From Candidatus Latescibacterota bacterium (GTDB lineage: Bacteria > Latescibacterota > UBA2968 > UBA8231), in contig CBDCSU010000005.1 of NCBI GenBank assembly GCA_965221775.1, positions 896,001 to 960,000 of the forward strand: a stretch of 64,000 bases of DNA, read 5' to 3'. The notes under the pieces were generated by a model, which had not been told where the DNA came from, did no database searches, and saw nothing but the letters and a program-made list of their open reading frames with translations. Below are positions 63,571-64,000 of the stretch, one piece after another. A program made the position numbers and the translations under genes. The number at the start of each line of letters is the position of its first letter. Position 1 is the first letter of the stretch.

Positions 63571-64000
63571 TCAACTGAAGACCAGGTGCACCTCCCCCTC
63601 CTTGGGCCGGACCCGGCCGACGACCGCCGAGGCCGCGGCCCCGGCATCGACCAGGGCGCCGACGGCTTCGGGCGCCTGATCCGCCGGCAGGGCGGCCAGC
63701 AGTCCGCCGCTGGTCTGCGGATCGACGGCCAGGGCGCGCCACTCCTCCGGCAGCTCCGCGGCGAACCGGGTGGAGGCCTCGACGAGCTCGCGGTTGGCCC
63801 GGTTGACGCCGGTGGACACGCCCCGCCGGTACATGTCGAGGGCCTCGTCGTACACCGGCACGGCGCCGGCGTCGACATGCAGTGCCGCTCCCGAGCCGCT
63901 GGCCATCTCGAAGGCGTGGCCCGCCAGGCCGAAGCCGGTCACGTCGGTGGCGGCGTGGACCTCGAAGCCGGCCAGGACCTCGGCGGCGGCCCGGTTCAGC
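63571..64000 (-). CDS. selD: Selenide, water dikinase (selenophosphate synthetase), 5'-partial
   Basis: LNRAA..VHAATDVTGFGLAGH..EM and DPQTSGGLL. Confidence 0.9.
   Translation of the reverse strand, partial: LNRAAAEVLAGFEVHAATDVTGFGLAGHAFEMASGSGAALHVDAGAVPVYDEALDMYRRGVSTGVNRANRELVEASTRFAAELPEEWRALAVDPQTSGGLLAALPADQAPEAVGALVDAGAAASAVVGRVRPKEGEVHLVFS

Noticed and set aside
62568-64000. Selenocysteine readthrough in selD-linked genes
   Set aside because: No in-frame TGA in the visible ORFs. The SelD N-terminal Cys/Sec site lies outside the window.

Overview
High-GC bacterial chromosomal window, about 50 CDSs and one tRNA-Leu(GAG). I found no CRISPR array, IS element or prophage. PorU, two PorV-like proteins and CTD-bearing proteins point to an FCB-superphylum organism outside Bacteroidota, plausibly Latescibacterota/Gemmatimonadota-like (inference). 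Housekeeping blocks: ligA, argR-argB-argD-argH with tandem ARG boxes, tilS-ftsH-folP-cdaA, lexA with a GAAC-N4-GTTC operator, era-purD-folB-folK, rpmB, and pfk-pgk-tpiA-secG-tRNA. Most notable regions: (1) a 14-kb T9SS-like surface-display operon whose PorU has Ser at the catalytic Cys position, alongside a catalytically degenerate M6-like protein; (2) an arg operon translationally coupled to three enolase-superfamily paralogs (one an apparent pseudoenzyme) and an M20 hydrolase; (3) a ~1,970-aa FN3 lipoprotein gene with six near-identical 609-bp units and two frameshifts; (4) selD plus a PhnD/C/E-like ABC transporter converging on egtD. There is also an MNT-HEPN toxin-antitoxin pair. All family assignments come from motif recognition by eye, not database searches.
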